Of a stretch of DNA of 248,000 nucleotides, positions 164,223-177,998 are shown piece after piece. How positions within the stretch are numbered: position 1 is the first letter of the stretch; each line of letters begins with the position of its first letter. The notes below the pieces were generated by a model. It ran no database searches. It had not been told where the DNA came from and saw nothing but the letters and a program-made list of their open reading frames with translations. The position numbers and the translations under genes were made by a program. Source of the DNA: Hyalangium minutum (GTDB lineage: Bacteria > Myxococcota > Myxococcia > Myxococcales > Myxococcaceae); NCBI RefSeq assembly GCF_000737315.1, contig NZ_JMCB01000008.1:20001-268000 (forward strand). Reading direction: 5' to 3'.

Positions 164223-164249
164223 TTAGCACTCGGCAGTAGCGAGTGCTAA
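164223..164249. promoter_or_regulatory. CIRCE element (HrcA operator)
   Basis: Perfect TTAGCACTC-N9-GAGTGCTAA. Confidence 0.95.
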
Positions 164250-164328
164250 AGCCCCCGGGCCCTCAGGCCCCTATCACCCCAGGCGCACGGCCCTCCCGGG
164301 CGCCTACTCGCTAGCAAGGAGACTGACC

Positions 164329-164619
164329 ATGAAGATTCGCCCCCTGCAGGACCGCCTCATCATCAAGCGCGTGGCTGAGGAGAACAAGACCAAGGGAGGT
164401 CTGTTCATCCCCGATACGGCCAAGGAGAAGCCGCTCGAGGGTAAGGTAGTTGCTGTCGGCAACGGCAAGGTGCTCGAGGACGGCAAGATCCGCCCGATGG
164501 ACATCAAGGCCGGCGACACCATCCTCTTCAGCAAGTACGCGGGCACCGAGATCAAGATCGACGGTGAGGATCACCTCATCCTCCGTGAGGAGGACGTGCT
164601 GGGTGTGATCGAGAAGTAA
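164329..164619 (+). CDS. groES: Co-chaperonin GroES
   Basis: [15 protein letters not shown]. Confidence 0.97.
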   Translation: MKIRPLQDRLIIKRVAEENKTKGGLFIPDTAKEKPLEGKVVAVGNGKVLEDGKIRPMDIKAGDTILFSKYAGTEIKIDGEDHLILREEDVLGVIEK

Positions 164620-166308
<1,689 letters not shown>

Positions 166309-166345
166309 TCGCCCCCTCGCCTGGCGCCTCGCGCGCCTGGTGGGC

Positions 166346-166389
166346 ACGGCCTCCGGTTCCTTCGTGGAGCCGGGGGCCGTCTGCTTTTT
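166346..166389 (+). terminator. Rho-independent terminator after groEL
   Basis: GC hairpin followed by T tract. Confidence 0.7.
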
Positions 166390-166454
166390 CGGGGAAGGTG
166401 GCGCGCCGCTGCCCTGCCTCTTAGCTTTGCTGGAAGACGAACAGGAGGACTGCC

Positions 166455-166712
166455 GTGAAGCCGGTGAAGATCTACACCACCAACTACTGTGGCTACTGCG
166501 TCCGGGCGAAGGACCTGCTCAAGCGCAAGGGCGTGAATTACGAGGAAGTGGACGTCACCGGCAACGACGACATGCGCACCCAGCTCGTGGAGATGAGCGG
166601 CGGCCAGCGCACGGTGCCGCAGATCTTCATCGGCGACACCCACGTGGGCGGCTACTCCGACTTGGCAGAGTTGGACCGCAACGGCCGCCTGGACCCGATG
166701 CTCCAAGGCTGA
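166455..166712 (+). CDS. grxC: Glutaredoxin 3
   Basis: CGYC, TVPQIF, GG. Confidence 0.9.
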   Translation: MKPVKIYTTNYCGYCVRAKDLLKRKGVNYEEVDVTGNDDMRTQLVEMSGGQRTVPQIFIGDTHVGGYSDLAELDRNGRLDPMLQG

Positions 166713-166801
166713 GCAAGCAGACAGGCAGTCAACCCCCTCGGCACGTCTCCGGGCGTGAATAGCTTCCTGGGAAGGACAAAAACCTACCCAGGAGGAAGCA
166801 C

Positions 166802-167197
166802 ATGGCCGGTGAAGAGCGACAGACGGGGACCCGTGACGAGCACTACAACCTGATCAGCGCGCTGTACCACCTGCTCAAGGGTGCCTCGACGGCGGAGCAG
166901 TACATCCAAGACGCCCAGGAGGCAGGCGATCAGGAACTCGTGCAGTTCTTCAAGGATTGGCAGGACGAGCAGCGCAACTTCTCCGAGCGCGCCAAGAACC
167001 TGCTCAGCGGCCGGATGACCCATGCCCGCGCCGGCGTCGGAGCCGGCAAGAAGGCCGCCGGTGCCAAGCGCGAGACGCGCGAGATGAGGGACGTCACCAA
167101 CGCCAACGTGAGGTCCGGCGGCAACGCGAAGGACGACATCGTGGACGAGCAGTCCAAGGAGTCCTTCCCCGCCAGTGACTCGCCCGCGAAGTACTAG
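166802..167197 (+). CDS. Hypothetical ferritin-like small protein
   Basis: YNLISALYH...YIQDA; tail ESFPASD. Confidence 0.55.
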   Translation: MAGEERQTGTRDEHYNLISALYHLLKGASTAEQYIQDAQEAGDQELVQFFKDWQDEQRNFSERAKNLLSGRMTHARAGVGAGKKAAGAKRETREMRDVTNANVRSGGNAKDDIVDEQSKESFPASDSPAKY

Positions 167198-167262
167198 CCC
167201 GAGGGCTCGGCCCGCGGAGTCCTGCTGGATTCCGCGAGGCCGATGGTCTTGACTCACCGGCC

Positions 167263-168285
167263 GTGAACCGTGCCGGACCGCTTCTCGTGGGTGCCCTCCT
167301 GCTGCTGGCCCTCACGGGTGCTGCGTGCAGCTCGGGGTACAAGATTCAGCGTGATGTGCCCGCGGAGCTGTCCGCCTCCGCGGTGATGGTCTACCCCTTC
167401 CAGTTCCGGTGGCCGGAGCGCGCGTATCGCTCCTTCGAGCTGTCCCAGCGGCTCATCGACGTGGCCCTTGCCGAGGCTGGTGAGAGGGCCCTCTTCTTCG
167501 GCCCCTCCGAGTTCAAGGTCTACCGTCCGGACGACAACAACGCCTGGGCGGCCAGCACCGCCGTGCCCCTGCTGGTGCCCTACAGCGTCCGCCCCGAGCA
167601 GGCCTTGGTGCTTCGTTCCTGGGCGGAGCGCCGCGTCCAATCGGGGCAGCGCGAGCTGCTCGACGACAAGGGCCGCCCCATGGGCCAGAGCACCGTGGAG
167701 GAGACGACGTACCTGGGCCACGTGGAGGTGCTGCACCCCTCGACTCAGCGCCGGGTGCTGGAGATCTCCGGCGAAGTCCAAGCAGATCCCTTCGCCGAGC
167801 GCACGGATGACGGCGCGGATCCGGCGCCCGAGCTCACCGTCCTCATGGAGAAGCTCACCCGGCAGGCGCTGCAGGCCCTGAAGGAGCACCTGCACGCTCC
167901 CCGAGCGCCCTCCCCTGCCCCCGCCACGGTGGCGAGCATCCCCTGGCAGGCCTTCGAATATGCAGACGAGGGGCGCCCGGCCCACGTGGGGGCGCTGGCA
168001 TCGATGGATCCGCTGGATGCCGAGTTACTCCGCCAGCAGCGCTTGCGTTTCGCCAATCCTGGAGTGGAAACACCCGTGCTGGATCGCCTGGCCCGGCTCC
168101 CCGCCGGACTGTACGTCCTGTCCTCACCCGAGGGCGGAAAGCTGTCCGTAGGGGACCTCTTGCTGCAGGTTGATGGCCAGCCCGCCCTCCCCCAGGTGTT
168201 GGCTCGGACACGGCTGGCGCCCACCCCTGCCCAGATTCAGATCCGTCGAGCAGCGGGGGGAACCTTCCAGATTCTCCTGCCCTGA
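167263..168285 (+). CDS. Hypothetical lipoprotein
   Basis: GAAC lipobox, PDZ-like end. Confidence 0.55.
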   Translation: MNRAGPLLVGALLLLALTGAACSSGYKIQRDVPAELSASAVMVYPFQFRWPERAYRSFELSQRLIDVALAEAGERALFFGPSEFKVYRPDDNNAWAASTAVPLLVPYSVRPEQALVLRSWAERRVQSGQRELLDDKGRPMGQSTVEETTYLGHVEVLHPSTQRRVLEISGEVQADPFAERTDDGADPAPELTVLMEKLTRQALQALKEHLHAPRAPSPAPATVASIPWQAFEYADEGRPAHVGALASMDPLDAELLRQQRLRFANPGVETPVLDRLARLPAGLYVLSSPEGGKLSVGDLLLQVDGQPALPQVLARTRLAPTPAQIQIRRAAGGTFQILLP

Positions 168286-168383
168286 GTTTGTTTGTCTTGC
168301 CCCCCACGTCCAAACGCCCATAAACAGGGCCCCTCCAGAGCAAGACGGGCTGCTGTGGGCGGCCCGAGTCGAAGGCGAGCACC

Positions 168384-169772
<1,389 letters not shown>

Positions 169773-169804
169773 GCCCACACACCGCCACACTGAGGGGAGT
169801 ACAC

Positions 169805-170992
169805 ATGTTGCGCCGTCTCGCCATTGGAGCTGTCCTCGTCACCGCCGCCTGTGCCGGCCAGCAGAAGCAGGAGGCCGCCGCCGCTGCCGCCGCCACGGTG
169901 CAGGAGCGCATGCGCATTACCAACCAGCCCGTGTTCGACGTGGCCGTATGCCACCCGCGCGCGCTGGAGCTGCCCCAACCGCCGAACCAGGGCATCCTGG
170001 TGGGCGCGCTCGTGTCCACGCGCTCGCAGGTGATGGAGTGCCTGGTGGACCCGAAGGACCGCGGCCCCGCCACCACCACCAAGGTCACCATCAAGACCAC
170101 GGTGAACGACCAGGCCGCCACCCACACCGTCACCGGGGAGAACCTGACGCCCGAGGGCCAGGCGTGCGTGCAGAACGTGGTGAACAAGGCGGTGCCGGTG
170201 CAGCCGCTGGCCAAGGGCGGCACGCCGGTGGAGGCCGAGGCCTCCTTCATCCACGAGCTGAACAACAGCCCGGCGGTCTCCTTCGGCGTCAACGAGGGCT
170301 CGGACTTCTCGGGCGAGGTGCGCCTGGCCCAGCCACAGTGGTGCGACTGCTACGCGGCCTTCGCCACCCAGGCGCCTCCGGTGCTGACGGCGAAGATCAC
170401 CCTGAAGAAGGCCTCCCCGACGGCGGCGGATGTGACGTTCGAGCCGAGCGGCAACACCGAGGGCGACCAGCTGGCGGCCTGCCTGAAGCAGAAGATTCTG
170501 ACGCTGCCGGCGAAGGTGAGCTCGGACGAGCTGAGCTTCCCGCACCGCTTCGTGCACTTCCACGCGCAGGCCACGGAGCCGGCGGCCAACCTGCCGCCCG
170601 AGCTGCGCTTCTACCAGCTGGAGCTGGTGCGCGGTCAGCGCGCGGCGGACTCGGCGATTGCCTTCGGCCAGCGCGCCAACGCAGCCGAGGCGTATGACGC
170701 CATCGTCGCCAAGTACCAGAAGTCGAAGGACTGGAAGCTGGTGCCCGAGCTGAAGGAGAAGTGCGCGGCGCTGGTGAAGTCGGCGGACGGCTGGATCAGC
170801 GCCATCGAGGCGCAGCAGGCGGCGGAGCAGGCCACGGTGACGCTGGTGCAGGAGCTGAAGGCCAAGGACGAGGGCTGGACCGCGGTGGAGGCCAAGAGCC
170901 AGGAGGCGCTGACGGCCACCCAGAAGGACCTGGAGACGGCCAAGCAGCGCCGCCAGGCCGACGAGGGCGCCTGCCCCAAGGAGCGCAAGTAG
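169805..170992 (+). CDS. Hypothetical lipoprotein
   Basis: TAAC lipobox. Confidence 0.6.
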   Translation: MLRRLAIGAVLVTAACAGQQKQEAAAAAAATVQERMRITNQPVFDVAVCHPRALELPQPPNQGILVGALVSTRSQVMECLVDPKDRGPATTTKVTIKTTVNDQAATHTVTGENLTPEGQACVQNVVNKAVPVQPLAKGGTPVEAEASFIHELNNSPAVSFGVNEGSDFSGEVRLAQPQWCDCYAAFATQAPPVLTAKITLKKASPTAADVTFEPSGNTEGDQLAACLKQKILTLPAKVSSDELSFPHRFVHFHAQATEPAANLPPELRFYQLELVRGQRAADSAIAFGQRANAAEAYDAIVAKYQKSKDWKLVPELKEKCAALVKSADGWISAIEAQQAAEQATVTLVQELKAKDEGWTAVEAKSQEALTATQKDLETAKQRRQADEGACPKERK

Positions 170993-171048
170993 CCGCTCGG
171001 AAGTGAAAGAGGCCCCCGCCACAAGCTGCCGGAGGCCTCGAAACGGAG

Positions 171049-171085
171049 AAGGCGCGGGACCCATTCAGGGGCCCGCGCCTTTTTC
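171049..171085. terminator. Hairpin between convergent genes
   Basis: AAGGCGCGGG...CCCGCGCCTTTTT. Confidence 0.65.
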
Positions 171086-171103
171086 GTGGCACAGCGAGGG
171101 AAA

Positions 171104-174100
171104 TCAGGCGGCGGTGACGTTGTCGTTGGCCGCGGTGGCCTCGCGGATCTTCACGCTCACCAGCTTGGAGATGCCGGGCTCCTCCATCGTCACGCCGTAC
171201 AGCGTGTCAGCCACCTCCATGGTCCGCTTGTTGTGGGTGATGAGGATGAACTGCGACTGGCGGCTCATCTCCTTCACCATCTCGTTGTAGCGGCCCACGT
171301 TGCCCTCATCCAGCGGCGCGTCGACCTCGTCCAGGAGGCAGAACGGCGTCGGCTTGATGAGGAAGATGCCGAAGATGAGCGCCACGGCCGTGAGCGCCTT
171401 CTCGCCACCCGACAGCAGGTTCACGCTCTGCAGCTTCTTGCCCGGCGGCTGAGCGACGATTTCCACGCCCTGCTCGGCGCCCGGGCCCTCGTTGGTGAGC
171501 ACCAGGCTGGCGCGCCCACCGCCGAACAGCCGCGGGAACACCGCCTGGAACTTCTCGTTCACCACGTCGAACGTCTGCTTGAAGCGCTCGCGGCTCGTGG
171601 AGTCGATGCGGGAGATGGCCTCCTTGAGATGCTCCAGCGTCGCCATCAGGTCCTTCTTCTGATTCGCCAGGAAGTCGAAGCGCTTGGTCAGCTCCGCGTG
171701 CTCCTCGATGGCCGTGAGGTTGATCTCCCCCATCTTCTCCACCTGGGCCCGCAGCTCCTTCAGCTCCTCCTGGACCTCGGGTGCCAGCGGCGCCAGCAGG
171801 TGGTAGCGGTGCAGCTCCAGCTCCAGCTCCACCTGGTGCCGCTCGCGGATGCCCGCGCCCAGGTGCTCCAGTTCCAGCGCAATCTCGCGCTCCTTCAGCG
171901 AGATCTGCGACAAGCCCTGCATCAGCTCGTCCAGCCGGCCACGCAGCTCGCGGAACACCGTGTCCTGCTCACGCACCTCGGTAGAGGCCGCAGCGTGCCC
172001 GGTACGGCGGCCCTCGAGCGTCTCCGCCGCCTGGCGGTGCTCCTCGGACCGCTTCCCACGCCCGCCCTCCGTCTCCTCGATCTTCCGCGTCAGCTCGTCC
172101 GTGCGAGCCGTCCCCTCGCCCACCGTCGCCCGGAGGCGGTAGATGCGCTCCTCCATCTCCTTGCGCTGGGAGATGAGGCTCTCCAGCTCCTTGCGCGCCG
172201 ACTCGCCGCGCTCGCTGCCCGCGGCCACCTTGATGCGCAGGCCCATCAGCTCCGCGGACGCCGTGTCCGAGCGCTGCTTCAGCGACTCCAGCTCGGCCGA
172301 CAGCTGCCGCACGCGCTCCTCGCGGCCCTCGCGATCCGCCTGCCCGTGAGCCACCTCGCCCCGGCTGTTCTCCTCCTCGTGCACCAGCGCCCCGTGTGAG
172401 TGCGCCAGCTGCGTCTCGTCCGCCTCCACCGCCGTGAGCCGCTCGCGCACCCGGGCCAGGTCCTCGCTGGCCTTGTGCAGATCCTTCTCCTGGTTGGCCA
172501 GGTTCAGCTCCTCGGCGTGCTGGTTCTTCGCCAGCCCCTTGAGCACGTTCTCCGCCTGGCCCATCTGCTTCTGGAGCGTGTAGTGCCGGGTGAGGATCTC
172601 GTTGTAGCGCTCCTCCACCTGGGCCACCTGGGCGCTCAGCTCGGCGATCTCGCGCTTCTTCTGCAGCGCGCCCACGGCCGCGCCCTCGCGCTCACCGCCC
172701 GTGAGCGTGCCGTCCGCGCGCACCACCTCGCCCTCCAGCGTGACGAGCGTGCACTGCGGGCCGCCCGCCGCCGCGTACGCTCGCGCGGACTCCAGATCCT
172801 GGACGATGACCACGTCGCCCAGGAGCAGCCGAACCACCGGCTGGAGCGCCTCCTCGTACTTCACCTCGGCGTAGGCGCTGCCCAGCACGCCGGGCCGGCT
172901 GAAGTCCGGCTCCACCACGGCCGCATCGAGGCGCGGCACCGGCAGGAAGCTGCCCCGGCCCTCCGAGGCCGTCCGCAGGTACTCCACCAGCTCGAAGCCC
173001 TTGTCCGGGCTCTCGACGATGACGTGCTGGAGCCGCTCGCCCAGCGCCGCCTCCACCGCCCGCTCGAAGCGCGGCGGAGCCGTGAGCACGTCCGCCACCA
173101 GGCCGAAGATGCCCTGCTCGCGGAACTGCTGCCCTGCGCGCATCATCACCGCGCGCACGCCGCGATCGAAGCCCTCGTAGTTCTTCTGCAGTTCCTCCAG
173201 CGAAGCCATGCGGCTGCGCTTGTCGGCCAGCTCCTCACGGAGGCTGATGACGTGGAGCTCGCTCTCGGTGAACTCGGCCCGGGTGCGCGCCAGCGCCTCC
173301 TCCTCGTGCGTCTTGCGCTCGGCCAGCTCCAGCGCGTTGTGGCGGCTCTCCTCCACCTGCTGCAGCACCGTGGAGCGGCTGCGCTCCAGCTCCTGCTCCT
173401 GGGCGCGCAGGGTCTCGGCCTCCGCGCGGATCTTCTCGCGGCGGGCCTCCAGGTCCGTGCGCTGCCGGGCCAGGTTCACCAGGTTGGACTCGTGGTTGGC
173501 CAGACGCGCCGCCACGGCCACCAGGGCGGCCCGCTCCTGCTCCAGCCGCATCCCCACTTCCGTCTGCAGCTGAGTGGTCCGGCGCAGCTCCTCCTGCGCC
173601 ACCTGCATCGCAACCTCGTCCTCCTTCCACGACCCGGCGATGCCCGACAGCTCCGCCTCGCGGGCGGCCATGGTGTCGGCCACCTCCGCCTGGCGGGCCA
173701 GCAGCGCGTTCAGCTCGCCCTCGGCCTGGTGGACGCGGGTGCTCGTCTCCTCGAGGTCCTTGCGCCAGTAGGCCAGGTCCTGGTCATCGCGCTGCACCGC
173801 GCGCTCCAGGGCGTGGACCTCGCTGGCCAGCTTCTGGAGGGCCTCGGCCTCGGCGTCCAGCCCGGCGCGGCGCTGGGTGATGCCCTCCTCCAGCTCGCGC
173901 ACCCGGTCGATGTTCTCGCGCTCCTCGGAGCTCAGGCTCTCCAGGCGCAGCTGGAGCACCTTCTTCTCCGACTGCAGCTCCAGGTAGCGGTGCGAGGCGG
174001 CGTGCAGGTCAATCTCCCGCATGCGCGACTTGAGCTTCTTGTACTTCTCGGCCTTCTTCGCCTGCCGGGACAGCGTGTCGAGCCGCTTCTCCAGCTCGTT

Positions 174101-174697
174101 GGTGATGTCCGTGACGCGCAGGAGGTTGGCCTCGGTGGCCTCCATCTTGCGCTCGGCCGCCTTGCGCCGGGTCTTGTACTTCGTAATCCCGGCGGCCTCC
174201 TCGATGATGCTGCGGCGGTCCTCCGGCTTGCTGGAGACGATGAGGCCCACGCGGCCCTGCTCGATGATGGAGTAGGCCTTGGTGCCCACGCCGGTGCCCA
174301 GCAGCATCTCCGTAATATCGAGCAGGCGGCAGGTGGTCTTGTTGATGAGGTACTCGGACTCGCCGTTGCGGAACAGGCGCCGGGTGACGGTGATCTCCGG
174401 GAAGCCCTGATACTGGGGCGCGAGCTGATCCGCCTCCTCAATGGTGAAGGTGAGGGACACCTCGGCCATGGAGAGCGGCGGCTTGTTCTCCGAGCCGTTG
174501 AAGATGACGTCCTCCATGCCGCGGCCACGGAGGTTCTTGGCGCTTTGCTCGCCCATGGCCCAGCGGATGGCGTCCACCACGTTGGACTTGCCGCAGCCGT
174601 TGGGGCCAACGATGCCGGTGACACCGTCATCGAAGCTGAAGACGCTGCGCTCCATGAAAGACTTGAAGCCGGTAATGTCCAGGCGCTTGATTCGCAT
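171104..174697 (-). CDS. smc: Chromosome segregation protein SMC
   Basis: GPNGCGKSN, hinge, LSGGEKA, LDEVDA. Confidence 0.97.
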   Translation of the reverse strand: MRIKRLDITGFKSFMERSVFSFDDGVTGIVGPNGCGKSNVVDAIRWAMGEQSAKNLRGRGMEDVIFNGSENKPPLSMAEVSLTFTIEEADQLAPQYQGFPEITVTRRLFRNGESEYLINKTTCRLLDITEMLLGTGVGTKAYSIIEQGRVGLIVSSKPEDRRSIIEEAAGITKYKTRRKAAERKMEATEANLLRVTDITNELEKRLDTLSRQAKKAEKYKKLKSRMREIDLHAASHRYLELQSEKKVLQLRLESLSSEERENIDRVRELEEGITQRRAGLDAEAEALQKLASEVHALERAVQRDDQDLAYWRKDLEETSTRVHQAEGELNALLARQAEVADTMAAREAELSGIAGSWKEDEVAMQVAQEELRRTTQLQTEVGMRLEQERAALVAVAARLANHESNLVNLARQRTDLEARREKIRAEAETLRAQEQELERSRSTVLQQVEESRHNALELAERKTHEEEALARTRAEFTESELHVISLREELADKRSRMASLEELQKNYEGFDRGVRAVMMRAGQQFREQGIFGLVADVLTAPPRFERAVEAALGERLQHVIVESPDKGFELVEYLRTASEGRGSFLPVPRLDAAVVEPDFSRPGVLGSAYAEVKYEEALQPVVRLLLGDVVIVQDLESARAYAAAGGPQCTLVTLEGEVVRADGTLTGGEREGAAVGALQKKREIAELSAQVAQVEERYNEILTRHYTLQKQMGQAENVLKGLAKNQHAEELNLANQEKDLHKASEDLARVRERLTAVEADETQLAHSHGALVHEEENSRGEVAHGQADREGREERVRQLSAELESLKQRSDTASAELMGLRIKVAAGSERGESARKELESLISQRKEMEERIYRLRATVGEGTARTDELTRKIEETEGGRGKRSEEHRQAAETLEGRRTGHAAASTEVREQDTVFRELRGRLDELMQGLSQISLKEREIALELEHLGAGIRERHQVELELELHRYHLLAPLAPEVQEELKELRAQVEKMGEINLTAIEEHAELTKRFDFLANQKKDLMATLEHLKEAISRIDSTSRERFKQTFDVVNEKFQAVFPRLFGGGRASLVLTNEGPGAEQGVEIVAQPPGKKLQSVNLLSGGEKALTAVALIFGIFLIKPTPFCLLDEVDAPLDEGNVGRYNEMVKEMSRQSQFILITHNKRTMEVADTLYGVTMEEPGISKLVSVKIREATAANDNVTAA

Positions 174698-175014
174698 CCC
174701 GTGGGGCTCCTGTGGGCTTGGTGCGCGTGAGGTGGGAAATCGCTCCAAGGCCGAAAAATCGGCCCCGGAATGTGGTCAGAAGTACCAGTCACAGGTGGCC
174801 AGATCAAGCGTGACCATGCACCGTGTGACCCTACATTTCGAAAGGTGCCCTGTACCGGCGGTGATCAGCGGAGCGTGCAGGTAAGGGGTTGAAAAGTGAG
174901 AGATGCACCCTACCTTTCCGGTGATCTTTCTGGAGGAAGCCTACGTTCGCGCCCTTTCTCGCCTTCTCGGTCCTCGTTGGAGCGACTCCTGCAGGTCTAC
175001 CCGACCGGTCTGAC

Positions 175015-175689
175015 ATGCCTGTAGCGGAGGGGGCCTGTCCGAACCCGTTCTTCCCTCTGGAGGAGGGGCTGAAGCTGACCTACCGGGCGGGATCCTCGGA
175101 GTTGACGATCTCGACCCGGGGGGTGACGTCCACCTCGGAGGGCCTCAAGGGACTCCTGGCGGTGGATCTGAAGGGCCGGAGTGGGGAGACGGAGGCCTTC
175201 TGTACCTCGGAGGGGGTACGCACGGGGCTTGGCGGCCTGGAGGGGACGCTGCTGTCAGCCTCGGGGATGAAGGTGGAGGTGGTCTCCGCCGAGGGAGTGG
175301 CCGTGCCGCCCGCCGCGCGCATGGTCCCTGGCTCGTCCTGGAAGAACTCTCTGTCGGTGAAGCTGCAGCCGCCGGAGGGCTCGAAGATGCCGGCCGGGAT
175401 GGTGCTCGCCAGCACGTTCGATAAGGAGGCGACCGTCCTCGGGGAGGAGGAAGTCACTGTCGGGGCGGGCACCTTCAAGGCGCTGAAGGTGAAGAACCTG
175501 ACAACGGCGCGGGCCAGCCGTGCCGGGGCTCAGGGGCGGTCCATCGAGAGCTTCATCTGGTTCGCGCCGGGGGTGGGCATCATCAAGGTGGCCACGGGCA
175601 ACAACACGGACCTGGAGCTGCTCAAGGTGGACCGGCCCGTGGCGGTGCAGAAGGCCCCGGCCAAGGCGAAGAAAAGCACGAAGCTCTGA
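175015..175689 (+). CDS. Hypothetical protein
   Basis: V.AGTFKA, WFAPGVG.IK beta-rich motif; start uncertain. Confidence 0.55.
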   Translation: MPVAEGACPNPFFPLEEGLKLTYRAGSSELTISTRGVTSTSEGLKGLLAVDLKGRSGETEAFCTSEGVRTGLGGLEGTLLSASGMKVEVVSAEGVAVPPAARMVPGSSWKNSLSVKLQPPEGSKMPAGMVLASTFDKEATVLGEEEVTVGAGTFKALKVKNLTTARASRAGAQGRSIESFIWFAPGVGIIKVATGNNTDLELLKVDRPVAVQKAPAKAKKSTKL

Positions 175690-175749
175690 ACCCTTGGCGC
175701 AAGCCTTGTGGCCGTAGCTTGATAGCTCCCCCGGATCGGAGGGAGCTCG

Positions 175750-177087
175750 ATGACGCTTCGCCATGCCATGGCAGCGGTGCTTGCGCTGCTCATGGCCGCT
175801 TGCAGCCCACAGCCCAAGGTGGTGCGGTTAATAAGCGGCCAGGGCGCCCCCGTTGTGCACGTTGCGCGTGCAGGCGTGGAGCCCGTGCAGGTGGACGACG
175901 ACAGCTTCGAGCAGGCGCTGGTCGAACATGGCCGAAGCATTCAGCCCTTCTCGGTGCCGCTCATGGAGGCACGCCGGTTATGGCGGGGGCCCCCTCCCGC
176001 AGAGCCCTATGCCCATGTGAGAGGACGCCTGGGCCTCGTGTCAGTCGGGTCAGCCCCCGAGGCCCCGCGAGTGCACCTGCTGCCTGAGTTGGCTCCTGCC
176101 GCAGCAGAGCTCAAGCGCTGCTACCTGCAGTGGTGCGGCCGCACTTGGGGTGAGGGGGACTGCCTGCGCCTGCTGGTGGACAAGCCCGAGTTGGACAACG
176201 ACGGCAAGTACACGCTGGCCATGGCCATCGCCCAGCGCCACGTGCTCGGTGAAATGAAGGACGCCTTCGGAGAGATGGTCAACCCGGTGGCGGTGTACGC
176301 GTCCATCACGAGCGCGATGACCGTGTACCTGCTCTTGTGGACGCTGCCCGAGCCGGTCTCCAAGGGACTCGCCGCGACCATGACGGTGGCGCTCATGGCC
176401 TACCTCGGCGTGGACACGGTGTGGCGGCTGATTGACGGATGGTTGGTGGTGGTCCGTGAGGTGGATCGAGCCACCACCTTCGAGGAGATCGAGGTGGCTG
176501 GAACGAAGTACGGCAAGACGATGGGCAGAACGGCCGCCAAGGCCTTCGTCATGCTGGCCACGGTGGCCGTGGGAAACACGGCCGCTGGCATGGCGTCGAG
176601 GCTGCCCACACTGCCTGGTGCGGGGCCAGCTGCCGTGCTCGCCGAAACGCAGCTGAATCTCCGGTATGCAGCGGCGGCCTCCCAGGTCGAAGCAGTCACC
176701 GTGTCGGCGGAAGGAGCCACCCTCACGCTGGCACCCGGCGCAGTGGCCATGGCAGCTCGAGGCGCCGGGAGCAGAAACAACAGCGTCTACCGCTCAGTGA
176801 GCCCCCAAGGGCAAGTCCAGTACGTGGGCATCACCAATAATGTCGCCAGACGCGCTGTCGAGCACCTCCGACAAAATGGATTCGATATCGATAAGTTGCT
176901 GGGCAATCTCTCCCGGGAGGATGCACGAGCGGTCGAGCAGGCCCTCATTGAAATCCACGGCCTTGGAAAGAACGGAGGAACGCTCTTGAACCGCATCAAC
177001 AGCATCGCGCGTACCCGTCCTGACTTCGCCGCGCTGTTGCGCAGAGGGCAGGAACTGTTGAACTCCATTGGGTACCGGGTGGAATGA
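175750..177087 (+). CDS. SitA5-like lipoprotein toxin with GIY-YIG C-terminus
   Basis: MAAC lipobox, VVRL..GQG, VY-x9-YVGIT...R...H...E. Confidence 0.75.
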   Translation: MTLRHAMAAVLALLMAACSPQPKVVRLISGQGAPVVHVARAGVEPVQVDDDSFEQALVEHGRSIQPFSVPLMEARRLWRGPPPAEPYAHVRGRLGLVSVGSAPEAPRVHLLPELAPAAAELKRCYLQWCGRTWGEGDCLRLLVDKPELDNDGKYTLAMAIAQRHVLGEMKDAFGEMVNPVAVYASITSAMTVYLLLWTLPEPVSKGLAATMTVALMAYLGVDTVWRLIDGWLVVVREVDRATTFEEIEVAGTKYGKTMGRTAAKAFVMLATVAVGNTAAGMASRLPTLPGAGPAAVLAETQLNLRYAAAASQVEAVTVSAEGATLTLAPGAVAMAARGAGSRNNSVYRSVSPQGQVQYVGITNNVARRAVEHLRQNGFDIDKLLGNLSREDARAVEQALIEIHGLGKNGGTLLNRINSIARTRPDFAALLRRGQELLNSIGYRVE

Positions 177088-177870
177088 ATGGGCTCGCCAC
177101 GAAAGCGCGTGCGGATGGGAGACCTTCTGGAGGTCAGCACTCCTCGGGGTCTCGCCTATGTGCAGTACGTCGGGAAGCATCCGGAATATGGCCACGCCAT
177201 CCGAGTCCTTCCAGGCTTCTTCCAGGCACGGCCTCAGGACTGGACCTCGTTGGCATCCCAACCAGGCTACTTCACCTTCTATCCTGTCAGCGCCGCTGTT
177301 TCGCAGGGGTTGGTCGCCATTGCCGCCCATCATCCGATCCCTTCGGGGCAGGAGTTGCCGACCATGTTCCGTCGACGCGGCGCGATTGCTCCAGACGGAA
177401 CGGTCCTGACGTGGCTCATCTTCGGCCATGGACCCGAGACGCTTCGAACAACGCTGAGCCCAGAGGAAAAGCGCCTCTCCATCGCCTCGATCTGGAACCA
177501 CGCGTTTCTGGTGGGTCGTCTTGTAGAAGAGTGGCGTCCGGACAAGGGGCCTCGCGCGGCTGAGTTCTCGCAGGTTCAGCACGTCCAGAGCGAGCCAGAG
177601 AATTCTCCAGCGTCACCTGAGCCAGAGAGCCCCCGCCGCATGGCGCATTACCTCTATTTTCCATCAGCCAAGGCAGGCAAGCCGGTCGCCACCGAGCTTC
177701 GGAAGCGCGGCTTCGAGATAGAGAGCCGCCGCAGCGGAGACGAACAGCACTGGCTTGTGCTCGCTACGCACAGTGTCGCAGGGGAGAACGCCGAGCACAC
177801 TCGCGATGAGCTTGAGCAGTTGGCGGAGCAGCACGGTGGCACTTATGACGGCTCTGAGGTTGCCACCTGA
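177088..177870 (+). CDS. Immunity protein (Imm26-like plus RraB/DUF695-like domain)
   Basis: Abuts toxin; GLAYVQY; HYLYF...GGTYDG. Confidence 0.6.
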   Translation: MGSPRKRVRMGDLLEVSTPRGLAYVQYVGKHPEYGHAIRVLPGFFQARPQDWTSLASQPGYFTFYPVSAAVSQGLVAIAAHHPIPSGQELPTMFRRRGAIAPDGTVLTWLIFGHGPETLRTTLSPEEKRLSIASIWNHAFLVGRLVEEWRPDKGPRAAEFSQVQHVQSEPENSPASPEPESPRRMAHYLYFPSAKAGKPVATELRKRGFEIESRRSGDEQHWLVLATHSVAGENAEHTRDELEQLAEQHGGTYDGSEVAT

Positions 177871-177998
177871 AGTCCTTCCGGTGACGCCCCCGTTACAAGA
177901 GTTCGTCGAGACGAAACCCATCAGAGCGGGTGCGTTCGGCCCTACCTGTGCAGTAGCATGACCGCCGTGCTCGCGACGGAGAGTCGCGAGGAGGCACC

